From: Sedimentisphaerales bacterium
GTDB lineage: Bacteria > Planctomycetota > Phycisphaerae > Sedimentisphaerales > SM23-30
Length of the DNA: 64,000 bases
Direction of reading: 5' to 3'
Assembly (NCBI GenBank): GCA_963663805.2
Contig: CAXXMR010000014.1
Coordinates: 1 to 64,000, forward strand
Position numbers and translations under genes: made by a program. The notes under the pieces are model-generated. The model made no database searches, had not been told where the DNA came from, and saw nothing but the letters and a program-made list of their open reading frames with translations. Shown piece by piece: positions 28,667-37,635 of this stretch. How positions within the stretch are numbered: position 1 is the stretch's first letter; every line of letters begins with the position of its first letter.

Positions 28667-30257
28667 TTCCAGGAGAATTGTTGTGTCTTCATATAAAATC
28701 ATGATCGTCGAAGACGAAATTATCGTCGCTCAGGACATCAGCCAGAGACTCTCCGGCTTGGGATATACCGTAATCGGTATCGCACTCAACGCCGACGAAG
28801 CCACCGACTTGGCCCGACAGGAAAAACCAGACCTCATCCTGATGGACATTCGCCTGGCAAACAGCCTGGACGGCATCGAAACTGCCGAACGCATTAACCG
28901 GGAAACCGAAACGGCAATCGTTTACCTTACCGCCTTCTCCGACCGCGAAATTCTCGACCGCGCTAAAAACACCAGACCTTACGGATACCTCATCAAACCC
29001 TGCTCCGACAACGAACTCAGAGCCGCCGTCGAAATTGCCATCAACAAACATCGTGAGCATCAGGTCAAACAGCAGGAGCATACCAGACTCGAAGGAGCCT
29101 TTCAGAACAGCCGAAAAATGGTCTGCCAGGCCATCATCGCCAACCAGTCCAAAAATGAATTCCTTAGCGGCATGAGCCACGAAATCCGCCACCCGGCCAG
29201 TTCCATTCTGGGATTCAGCGAATTACTCGAACAACAGGAACTCTCCGAACAACAACGCGAATATGTGGAATTCATTTCTCAATCGAGCAAATGTCTAATC
29301 TCCATGGTCGATAACGTTATGGACCTCACCCAGCTTGAAGCCGGCAAAATGGAGCTTAACATCTGCGACTGTCCCATCGGCGATTTGCTCAAAAAAGTCG
29401 CAGCTATCATGATGCCAGCCGCCCAGAAAAAACTATTGAAATTCGACATCCTCCGCGACAGCCGCCTGCCCGCCTCTATCCAGACCGACCCCACCAAACT
29501 TCAGCAGTGCCTGTTCCATCTCATTAACCACGCCCTGAGAGTAACCGAGAAAGGCCATGTCTTCCTCCGCGTCAGTTGCGATAGAATTAAGGAACAGCTC
29601 TTCTTCAAGTTTGACATCGAAGACTCCGGCCCCGGTAGTACCCTCGGCGACCTCGATGAAATTTACACTTCCTTCTCACCGGACAACGGCAACACCGCCT
29701 CGCCGCGAGAAGGAACCCACCTCGGTCTGGCCATCACCCAAAAAGTCGCCCGACTGCTTGAAGGTAATCTGGAAATTAAAAATCAACCCGGCATGGGAAC
29801 TGTCGCCTCACTGACAATCCCCGCCCAGTATGAAGCCGGCCTTTCAACCCCCAGGACAGTTCCGACTGACGCCACCGAAAAAGCGTCAGGCCATGTCCTC
29901 ATCGCCGAAGACGACCCCGCCAGTCAGAGACTTATCCAGATTCTGCTCGACCGCATGGGACTCAAAACCACCATCGCCGCCAACGGCCGCGACGCGGTTA
30001 ATCAATTCAACAGCCAAAGTTTTGACCTGGTACTCATGGACATTCTCATGCCCCAGATGGACGGCTACGAAGCAACCGCCATTATCAAAAAGAATTCTCA
30101 CGTTCCCGTCATCGCCCTTACCGCGCTGGGTACAACCGGCATAAGAGAAAAATGCTTTGCCGCCGGCTGTGACGCGTTCATCGCCAAACCAGTTGACCGA
30201 ACCGCCCTGCAAACTATCATCACCCAGCACCTCAACTGCGTTACCCCCGCCAACTAA
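28638..30257 (+). CDS. Hybrid REC-histidine kinase-REC protein
   Basis: Two receiver domains (ILMDI, VLMDI), H-box MSHEIR; start codon uncertain. Confidence 0.88.
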   Translation: MAEPMARKNDSRRIVVSSYKIMIVEDEIIVAQDISQRLSGLGYTVIGIALNADEATDLARQEKPDLILMDIRLANSLDGIETAERINRETETAIVYLTAFSDREILDRAKNTRPYGYLIKPCSDNELRAAVEIAINKHREHQVKQQEHTRLEGAFQNSRKMVCQAIIANQSKNEFLSGMSHEIRHPASSILGFSELLEQQELSEQQREYVEFISQSSKCLISMVDNVMDLTQLEAGKMELNICDCPIGDLLKKVAAIMMPAAQKKLLKFDILRDSRLPASIQTDPTKLQQCLFHLINHALRVTEKGHVFLRVSCDRIKEQLFFKFDIEDSGPGSTLGDLDEIYTSFSPDNGNTASPREGTHLGLAITQKVARLLEGNLEIKNQPGMGTVASLTIPAQYEAGLSTPRTVPTDATEKASGHVLIAEDDPASQRLIQILLDRMGLKTTIAANGRDAVNQFNSQSFDLVLMDILMPQMDGYEATAIIKKNSHVPVIALTALGTTGIREKCFAAGCDAFIAKPVDRTALQTIITQHLNCVTPAN

Positions 30258-30266
30258 ACAACAGCG

Positions 30267-31631
30267 TCAAAGCATCCGGAACACAAAATCGCCGCTTGAG
30301 GTCATATTATATTCCGCTGCGTCTTCAACGCTGCTCAAACGATACCTGCCGTCGCCATCCCTGAAATTCACTTTCCCCATTTCGATTATCGTCACCCCGA
30401 AAGCATTACCCAGGTTATCCACAGTAACATCCCCCAGCGTCAGCTTGCCTATCTTTGCCGCTGCGATATTACTGTTCACCATAGCGCCAAACCGAACCCG
30501 ACCAATCAGACCAAAATCAGAAAAATCTTCACTGCTAGCCGGCAGCCCCGAAACAGAATCATCGATCCCGGCAAATACCATACTATTAATGATCGATTCC
30601 GCTTTTACACTACCGATAACTCCACCTGCCCGCAGATTGACATTCAACATGGAACCGCCAACCCGCAAATAGTCCAGCCCGCCGGCAACCATCAGGTCAG
30701 CATCAGAATACTCACCACCAACATAAATCTTCCCCGCATCCCCCACCCGTATACTGCCCCCACAATCTCCCGCAACCTTCAAACACCCCAGCTCACCCGC
30801 GGCAAAAAGAGAAAAACCATCATCAATCGAACCAGCCGAAATGGTCTTTACTCCCCCCAAAACATTCCACCCACCCGAACTTATCACTCCACCCACCCGA
30901 ACCGAACCCAGAACAAAGTCATCAATATCTCCCGCCAGAGTAAGCCCCGCCGCAAAATCCTCCTTAACAACCAACCGCCCAAGCCCCGCCACCGCAATCA
31001 TATCCATAACCATATCACTATCCCGCCAACTATTAAGCGAAAGCGACTTAATCGGCGTCAAGGAAGTAATACTCAAATCAACCACATCATGTAAACGAAT
31101 CTTCAATACCGAATCATCATCACTATTTCCCACATAAATAAGCTGCTGCGAACCAGTAATATCATTTAGCTCCAAAAGCGATAATGAACCATCAACGCTA
31201 AGGTTCCCACCCAGATTTACCTCCGAACCTTTCAGACTTCCCAAAGAACCATCGACATTAATATCTCCAATATCAGCCCGGCCGTCCCCGCCCTTAACCT
31301 TAAATATCAAAGAAGACTTATCATCGGAATCCGACACTAAAATCTCAGAAATATTCACTCCGCCCGACGATAAAACCGTATAGTCATCACGATCAACTTC
31401 ATAGCCAGGTTCGTTCCCAATAAACGTAACACTCAGGGCCGCGTCGTTAATCCTGACTTTGACCAAACTATCGTCCGGCTCAACATACGTCACCGACGCT
31501 CCCGCTGCCAGATTAAGGACCAACGTCCCTTCCCCCCCGGAATCGAGCAGCAGCCGACCTTCGAGCATCTCCAGACCCAAATCTCCTTTTTCTGATTTGC
31601 ATCTATCTCTAATCCAGCCAAATAACAACAT
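30267..31631 (-). CDS. Extracellular beta-rich repeat protein with planctomycete LEPR-XLL-like motif
   Basis: LEMLEGRLLL near the N-terminus; Gly/Val/Ser-rich repeats; start uncertain (ORF open to 31724). Confidence 0.7.
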   Translation of the reverse strand: MLLFGWIRDRCKSEKGDLGLEMLEGRLLLDSGGEGTLVLNLAAGASVTYVEPDDSLVKVRINDAALSVTFIGNEPGYEVDRDDYTVLSSGGVNISEILVSDSDDKSSLIFKVKGGDGRADIGDINVDGSLGSLKGSEVNLGGNLSVDGSLSLLELNDITGSQQLIYVGNSDDDSVLKIRLHDVVDLSITSLTPIKSLSLNSWRDSDMVMDMIAVAGLGRLVVKEDFAAGLTLAGDIDDFVLGSVRVGGVISSGGWNVLGGVKTISAGSIDDGFSLFAAGELGCLKVAGDCGGSIRVGDAGKIYVGGEYSDADLMVAGGLDYLRVGGSMLNVNLRAGGVIGSVKAESIINSMVFAGIDDSVSGLPASSEDFSDFGLIGRVRFGAMVNSNIAAAKIGKLTLGDVTVDNLGNAFGVTIIEMGKVNFRDGDGRYRLSSVEDAAEYNMTSSGDFVFRML

Positions 31632-32318
31632 TTTCAAGCCAACCCTTTTTTTGCCACGTTCCTTTCGATGAAATGTAGCTTGGCAGAGAAAAAAACACAA
31701 GCAAAACACCCCTTGAATAGGCACTATAACTCCTTATTCCCCGTCAGAAAACCGTTTTAAGTCCTTGAAAAACCAGAAAATTTGGGGAAAAAAGTGTGTT
31801 TTTTTTGGATTTTTGGGGGAGATTTTATGGTTTTTGGGTGTTTTTTTGGATTTTTTGACGTTTTTGGCGAAGAAAAACTATACTATATTACCTTTTTGGG
31901 GGAATTTTAGGTAAAAAAGTGTTATAGAGTATAGTTTTTGTCCATATCGCACCGACCTGTCAGTGCGGGCGTTTGTCTTATAGGTGTCGTTCGCGATGGG
32001 CGTTTGGGTGGTTGTATGGTATGGTTTTTTGGGGGTCAAATTGAGCCTTGCAAGCGGTGGTTTTCCCTGCTAGTATTTATTTTTCTCGGCGGCGGGCCTG
32101 GGTCTGCTTTCGGGAGGCGATTAACATAAAGAAATATGCTGAGCAACCCAGCTCTGATGATGGGCCGACAGGGTCCGTGCGTTGCTTGAAAATAGACGAT
32201 TCCGGTGCTGGGCCGGGTTCGGGAATGGCCGCGGGTTAATAATATCAGCCCGGCTTGTGGCTAGTCTGATTGAGTTACCGGATAAGCCCGCGACCCTTTC
32301 GAGGCAGGATAAAGGGCC

Positions 32319-32591
32319 TTGATGGACCCCAAAGAAAGCAGCCTGGTGGAGGCGTTCGTTTCACAGCTAAGTGAAGAAGAACGCATGCTGATAATCCTCA
32401 AGCGGGAGCTGTATGACAACAGCTGGGAGGCGATGCTGGCGGATTTGCGTAACCGTCTGGATGGTCGCCCTTATATATTCAAGCTGGCTAACCGGATACG
32501 TGACGATATAGAGCGTATCGAGAGGCTGCGGGCTTTTGAAAATGACCATAAGGCTAATCTGGGTGATTATGTCAAACCGCCTACGCGGTGA
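32319..32591 (+). CDS. Small hypothetical protein
   Basis: 90-aa ORF with ordinary composition, heading the operon toward purH. Confidence 0.7.
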   Translation: MMDPKESSLVEAFVSQLSEEERMLIILKRELYDNSWEAMLADLRNRLDGRPYIFKLANRIRDDIERIERLRAFENDHKANLGDYVKPPTR

Positions 32592-32601
32592 GAACGGTAC
32601 A

Positions 32602-32657
32602 TAAGACGTAAGAGATAAGAGATAAGAGATAAGAGATAAGAGATAAGAGATAAGCAA
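32602..32657. repeat. (TAAGAGA)6 heptamer tandem repeat
   Basis: Six perfect copies at 32609-32650 plus one degenerate copy on each side. Confidence 0.95.
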
Positions 32658-32706
32658 AAACGACAAGGCAACGACTTAATATTAAACACTATTTTCGGAG
32701 TTTAAG

Positions 32707-33798
32707 GTGTCAAAAAAATATATATTTTCTCTGCTGATGGCAACAATGATGTTTGTGGGCAGTTGGGCGGGTGCAGTTTCGGCGGCGGATGATTCCGAAA
32801 ATGTTCTTACGGCTGTTCTGGAGAAGGCGGCCCTGAAGGTTGTCTGGCAAACTCAGTTTCCGCGTCAGAAGGGTGAGGTTTTTGAGCGGTTTTTTGTACA
32901 TAGCGGGAATATTTATGCCCTGACCAAAGACAACATTCTTCTGGCGGTGGACGCGGCGGAAGGGACATTCAAGTGGTCGTCGAAACTGGCGACATCTGAG
33001 CCGTTCTGTTCGGAGCCGTTTTATTATCAGGGTAAGATGCTTTTTGTGCTGGGCCAGCGGATTGTGGAAGTGCTGGAGCAGGACGGCAGGATTCTGATGA
33101 AGATGGATGTTGATTTTTCACCTTCGACCAACGCGGTTCGGAACGATGAATTGCTATTTGTGGGCTGTCTGGAAAAGCGGCTTTACGCGATTCGTCTGGC
33201 CGACAAGGTTCGGATCTGGCAGAGTGTATTTTCCACTCAGCCGCTGGGTCGTCTGGCAATTCTGGATGATAAAGTTTATGTCGGCTGCGAAGACGGCAGT
33301 TTTTATGTTTCTCGTACCGAAACGAGAGAATTGGTCTGGAAACTCGACACAGCGGGTCAGCTCACCGGTGCGGTAATTGCCGGCGATGAATGTTATGTAC
33401 CAAGTATGGATACGGCCTTGTATTGTCTGGATGCCGGTAGCGGCAAGGCTTTGCGGCCCAAGTATCGCGCCGGCGGTTCACTGGCTGTTCTGCCGATCGT
33501 GACAGAAACGGCTATCTATCAGCCCATCGAACACAAGTCGCTGCTTTGCCTTAACCGTAACGATGGTACGGTTCGCTGGGAGCTTAATGATGGTGAATCG
33601 TTTCTGGCTGAAGGTAAAGATATTACATACTGTGTCAGTCTCGATAACGAAGTCGTGCTGATGAGCAATGTTACCGGAAAGAAGGTCCTGGCTTTCCAGG
33701 TGCCCGGCGTGACGCTTTACGCTCCGAACTCGGAGAGTTCGCGGGTTTATCTGGGAACCGTGGGCGGGAATGTGATTTGCCTGGAACAAAAAAAGTAA
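32707..33798 (+). CDS. Exported PQQ-like beta-propeller repeat protein (BamB-like fold)
   Basis: Signal peptide; repeated A.D...G...W blades. Confidence 0.82.
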   Translation: MSKKYIFSLLMATMMFVGSWAGAVSAADDSENVLTAVLEKAALKVVWQTQFPRQKGEVFERFFVHSGNIYALTKDNILLAVDAAEGTFKWSSKLATSEPFCSEPFYYQGKMLFVLGQRIVEVLEQDGRILMKMDVDFSPSTNAVRNDELLFVGCLEKRLYAIRLADKVRIWQSVFSTQPLGRLAILDDKVYVGCEDGSFYVSRTETRELVWKLDTAGQLTGAVIAGDECYVPSMDTALYCLDAGSGKALRPKYRAGGSLAVLPIVTETAIYQPIEHKSLLCLNRNDGTVRWELNDGESFLAEGKDITYCVSLDNEVVLMSNVTGKKVLAFQVPGVTLYAPNSESSRVYLGTVGGNVICLEQKK

Positions 33799-33844
33799 TT
33801 GTCAGTTAAACGGGTATTAGAGCTTTGAGCAGAATGGAGTCGAG

Positions 33845-35467
33845 ATGGGTTCGGAATTGAAGATTAAACGTGCGTTGGTGAGTGTTTCTGATAAGGCTGG
33901 CGTGGTGGACTTTGCCCGCGGGCTGGTTGAGATGGGTGTTGAGATTATCTCAACGGGCGGAACGGCCAAGGCACTAAAGGACGGCGGCGTCGATGTAATC
34001 GGTATCGAAGATGTAACCGGTTTTCCGGAAATGATGAACGGGCGGGTCAAAACCCTGCATCCGAAGATTCACGGCGGGCTGCTGGCACTGCGTGATAACA
34101 CTGAACATGTCAAAGCGATGACTGACAACGAAATTACCGGTATCGAGCTGGTTTGCGTTAATCTTTATCCGTTTGAAAAGACGGTGGCCAAGGAAGATTG
34201 TGATTTCGCTGAAGCTATCGAGAATATCGACATCGGCGGGCCGAGCATGGTTCGCAGCGCTGCCAAGAATCACAAGTTTGTGACGATCGTTACCGACGCT
34301 GGCCAATACGAAACTGTTTTGGCGGAAATGAAATCTAACGACGGCAGTGTCAGTGACGCGACCCGGCGGGAACTGGCTCGCAAGGCTTTCGCATTGACGG
34401 CGGCTTATGATTCGGCGATAAGTACTTACTTTGCGGAGCAGGCGGAAGTGCGGTTCCCGGAAAGTCTGACGCTGGCAGTGAAACGCGGGGCGGAATTGCG
34501 TTATGGCGAGAATCCTCATCAGCCGGCGGCGTTTTATCGTCTGGCCAAGGGTACGAACGAGCCTTGCGTGGCGGGTGCTCGTCAACTGGAAGGCGGCAAG
34601 CAGATAAGTTTTAATAATCTGATGGATACGAACGCAGCGTTCGAGCTGGTCAAGGAATTTGATGAGCCAGCGGCGGTAGTAGTTAAACATATGAACCCGT
34701 GCGGCACGGCAGTTGATACTAATATCGTGGAGGCGTATCGCAAGGCTTATACGGCTGATGTGGTAAGTGCTTTTGGCGGTATCGTCGCTTTGAATCGGCC
34801 GGTGAATGTTGAACTGGCAGAAGCGATTGCGGAATCGTACGGTAAGTGGGGCAAGTCGCTGGGCGCGGGCGGGTTCTTTGCTGAGGTCATTATCGCTCCG
34901 TCGTTTGACGCTGACGCGGTCGAGCTGATTCGCACCCGTAAACGCTGGGGCAAGGAAGATGTTCGCCTGCTGGAAACCGGACCTATCGACAGAACGCTGT
35001 TTGACAAAAACGAATATGATGTCCGCTGTATCGTGGGCGGGCTGCTGGTACAGAATCGCGACCTTATCGGCTGGGAAGATGACCAGATTCAGTGCGTAAC
35101 CAAACGCAAGCCGACCGGCGCGGAACTGGCTGACTTGAAGCTGGCGTGGACGGTTGTCAAACACGTTAAGAGTAACACAATTGTGCTGGCCAAGGACAAA
35201 GCGGTTGTGGGTGTTGGGGCAGGTCAGATGAACCGGGTTGATTCGGGTATGCTGGCGATTCGTCAGGCGGGCGAGGGTTCTAACGGTTCAGCGATGGCGT
35301 CGGACGCGTTCTTCCCGTTCCCGGATAATGTGACCCAGGCTGCCCAGGCGGGTATTCGGGCGATTGTCCAGCCGGGCGGTTCGAAGAATGACCAGTTGAG
35401 CGTAGATGAATGCGACAAGCATGGCATCACAATGGTCTTTACGGGTAAACGTCACTTTTTGCATTGA
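33845..35467 (+). CDS. purH: Bifunctional AICAR transformylase / IMP cyclohydrolase
   Basis: RALVSVSDK, STGGT, GRVKTLHP, IDIGGP, LRYGENPHQ, SDAFFPF, RHFLH. Confidence 0.98.
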   Translation: MGSELKIKRALVSVSDKAGVVDFARGLVEMGVEIISTGGTAKALKDGGVDVIGIEDVTGFPEMMNGRVKTLHPKIHGGLLALRDNTEHVKAMTDNEITGIELVCVNLYPFEKTVAKEDCDFAEAIENIDIGGPSMVRSAAKNHKFVTIVTDAGQYETVLAEMKSNDGSVSDATRRELARKAFALTAAYDSAISTYFAEQAEVRFPESLTLAVKRGAELRYGENPHQPAAFYRLAKGTNEPCVAGARQLEGGKQISFNNLMDTNAAFELVKEFDEPAAVVVKHMNPCGTAVDTNIVEAYRKAYTADVVSAFGGIVALNRPVNVELAEAIAESYGKWGKSLGAGGFFAEVIIAPSFDADAVELIRTRKRWGKEDVRLLETGPIDRTLFDKNEYDVRCIVGGLLVQNRDLIGWEDDQIQCVTKRKPTGAELADLKLAWTVVKHVKSNTIVLAKDKAVVGVGAGQMNRVDSGMLAIRQAGEGSNGSAMASDAFFPFPDNVTQAAQAGIRAIVQPGGSKNDQLSVDECDKHGITMVFTGKRHFLH

Positions 35468-35483
35468 GTGAAGATATAAGAAA

Positions 35484-36074
35484 TTAGAGTGTAAGGTTTT
35501 GCAGCAGGGTGTTGAGAACTTTGGGGAGGGGACAAAGCTCTTCGTCCTGCTCGGCGGTGAGGATTGCGCCGAAGATTGCGGCTTGAGTTAGTTGGGCGAT
35601 AGTGGCTGCGTCTGATTGTTTGTTTATTTTTCCGGCGGCTTGGGCGGTTTGGGCGGCGGTTTGCCATTGGCTGATAAGCCATTTGAGGATTTCTGCCAAT
35701 GCGGTTTTAAGTCTGCTCTGCGTGGTGGTTGTTTCATTGCTGAGTCGCAGAATGAGCAGGCAGTTGGTCCATTTGCCGGAGGTGTTCAGCTCTATTACCC
35801 GCTGGATAAGAGTCTGGAATTGCTGGTCTGGCTCGGTTCGCTCCCGCACAAAATCGAAAAGCTGCTGCTGGTATTCACGACGGGCCTGTTCGAGGATAGC
35901 AAGGGCAAGGTCTTCCTTGGAGCGGAAATGGTGATAAAAGGCCCCCTTGCTGAGCGATACGGTGTCGAGCAGGTCGCTGGTGCTGGTATTGGCATAACCA
36001 TGGAGGGCGAAAAGGGCGCGGGCGGATTCAATTATGTCAGCGTGAGTTTTTTGGCCTTGTTCGATTCTGTTCAT
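35484..36074 (-). CDS. TetR/AcrR family transcriptional regulator
   Basis: LF...GY..TS......SKGAFYHHF.SKEDL HTH. Confidence 0.92.
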   Translation of the reverse strand: MNRIEQGQKTHADIIESARALFALHGYANTSTSDLLDTVSLSKGAFYHHFRSKEDLALAILEQARREYQQQLFDFVRERTEPDQQFQTLIQRVIELNTSGKWTNCLLILRLSNETTTTQSRLKTALAEILKWLISQWQTAAQTAQAAGKINKQSDAATIAQLTQAAIFGAILTAEQDEELCPLPKVLNTLLQNLTL

Positions 36075-36309
36075 TATCTGATCCTGTAAAAGACCGGGGC
36101 ATTATATAGTGAAATTGCCAGTGATGCAATAACGAAGAATGTTTGGGAGTTTAACCTCTAAACCAGATAAACTCAAAATTCAAAACAACACAAACAACGA
36201 CAATATTTAGCCGCGGATTACGCGGATTTTTAACGGCAATTAATTTTCTTTCGCCCCTTTGGGGTCTTTTAAGAAAAAAGCTGTGAACGGTTTAGAAAAC
36301 ATAAAAATA

Positions 36310-36510
36310 TGTAAGCGTTCACGGTATTTCAAATTGAGCGGCATCGATACGATTATGCTGCCCTTACAGGGCGAAAAGAATATGTTGGCCATGTTTTCCC
36401 AGGGTGTTGTTCGCTGTGCTCACTTTGCCCTGGGCTAAGTTATGTCGGCCTTTCAGGCCTAACAAAGAAGCAATTGGCTTACATCTTGCAAAAACGAGTG
36501 AACGGTTACA
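36310..36510. mobile_element. MITE-like non-autonomous element containing REP-like hairpins
   Basis: 13-bp inverted ends TGTAAGCGTTCAC / GTGAACGGTTACA (1 mismatch); internal GCCCTTACAGGGC, CCCAGGG..CCCTGGG, GGCCTTTCAGGCC; no clear TSD. Confidence 0.55.
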
Positions 36511-36753
36511 GAATCTCAATTTTTAAACAACGGCCTAAAATAACGGTTTTGGGTGGTCTAATCCCGGCGCTTGCGATTCGGGTTTTTGTTTGCCCCCCCT
36601 TACGTATGCGGTTTTGGTAAATTGTTGCCATTTTGCGTAAAATTTCACTGGTAAGAGACTAAAAATGGTGGATTGGGAAATTTAGGCTTTGTAGGTAATA
36701 GCGAAGGTGTTATATTCGCCTGAGAAAAAGATTTTTGCAAGGATGGTGGAATA

Positions 36754-37146
36754 ATGACTGACATACAACCTATAATCACCATAGAACATCGGGGTGATGT
36801 AAAAATCGTGGTGATACTTGAAGAAAGCCTGCTCAGCGATGTTAATCTGAACCGGCTGGAAATGGCTTTGACACCGTTGGCACTGGTAGATGGGCCCATA
36901 AGGCTGATAATTGATTTTCACAAGGTCTGCTCGGTAAGTTCATCCGTGCTGGGTTTTCTGGTAACGTTTAAGAAACTAATAGCAGAGTATCAGGGTCGGC
37001 TGATACTCTGCTGTATCGAAAAAAAAGTTGCCAATGCCCCTTCGGACCGATATATTTATGAGTTGTTCAAAGTTGTCCAGCTCGATCGCTTCTTCGAAAT
37101 TGCCGCTGATGTCGAAGAGGCTCTGGCAAAAATGAATCCGTCGTAA
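36754..37146 (+). CDS. STAS domain anti-sigma factor antagonist
   Basis: LIIDF..V..VSSSVLG.LV...K...G.L.L....YELF....LD..F. Confidence 0.85.
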   Translation: MTDIQPIITIEHRGDVKIVVILEESLLSDVNLNRLEMALTPLALVDGPIRLIIDFHKVCSVSSSVLGFLVTFKKLIAEYQGRLILCCIEKKVANAPSDRYIYELFKVVQLDRFFEIAADVEEALAKMNPS

Positions 37147-37156
37147 AGGACTTACC

Positions 37157-37537
37157 ATGAGTGAGACACAACCTACTGTCGCTGTGGAATACCGGGGCAA
37201 GGCGGCTGTCGTTACGGTTATCGTGGCTAACATTCTCAGTGAGGATGAGCTTAATCGGCTGAAACAGGCGGTCAATCCGCTGCTGAGCGACAGTGGGCTG
37301 GTCCTCATTATGGATTTTACCGATGTGCGAAGTATTTCCTCATCGGTCATTGGGTATCTGGTTAGCTTGAAAAAGTATATTGACGGCAAGGGAGGGGTTT
37401 TTCGCGTTTGCTGTATAGACAAAAAAGTGACCAGCACCAGTTCCGACAAATATGTCTACGAGATTTTCAAGATTGTCAAACTGGATACTTTTTTTCACAT
37501 CTGTCCTACGGTTGAAGATGCTCTGGCAAGTTTCTGA
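37157..37537 (+). CDS. STAS domain anti-sigma factor antagonist (tandem paralog)
   Basis: LIMDFTDV..ISSSVIG.LV; aligns with the preceding gene. Confidence 0.85.
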   Translation: MSETQPTVAVEYRGKAAVVTVIVANILSEDELNRLKQAVNPLLSDSGLVLIMDFTDVRSISSSVIGYLVSLKKYIDGKGGVFRVCCIDKKVTSTSSDKYVYEIFKIVKLDTFFHICPTVEDALASF

Positions 37538-37541
37538 GGAC

Positions 37542-37577
37542 AAAAAAAAGTCGACTGAGCTTTGAAACCCAGTCGAC
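37542..37577 (-). terminator. Intrinsic terminator of the MCP operon
   Basis: GTCGACTG/CAGTCGAC stem with T8 tail on the minus strand. Confidence 0.8.
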
Positions 37578-37635
37578 CTCGCATAGGTATTTAGTTATCG
37601 TCTTCAGGATGAAAAGAACTTCATCCCAAGTTTAA

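Noticed and set aside
32140..32200. Hammerhead ribozyme or ZTP/fluoride riboswitch upstream of the purH operon
   Set aside because: CTGATGA plus a hairpin is present, but GAAA does not follow stem II and the riboswitch consensus elements are missing.
32367..32666. ORF with LISYLLS repeats
   Set aside because: Translation artefact of (TAAGAGA)n, antisense to a better ORF.
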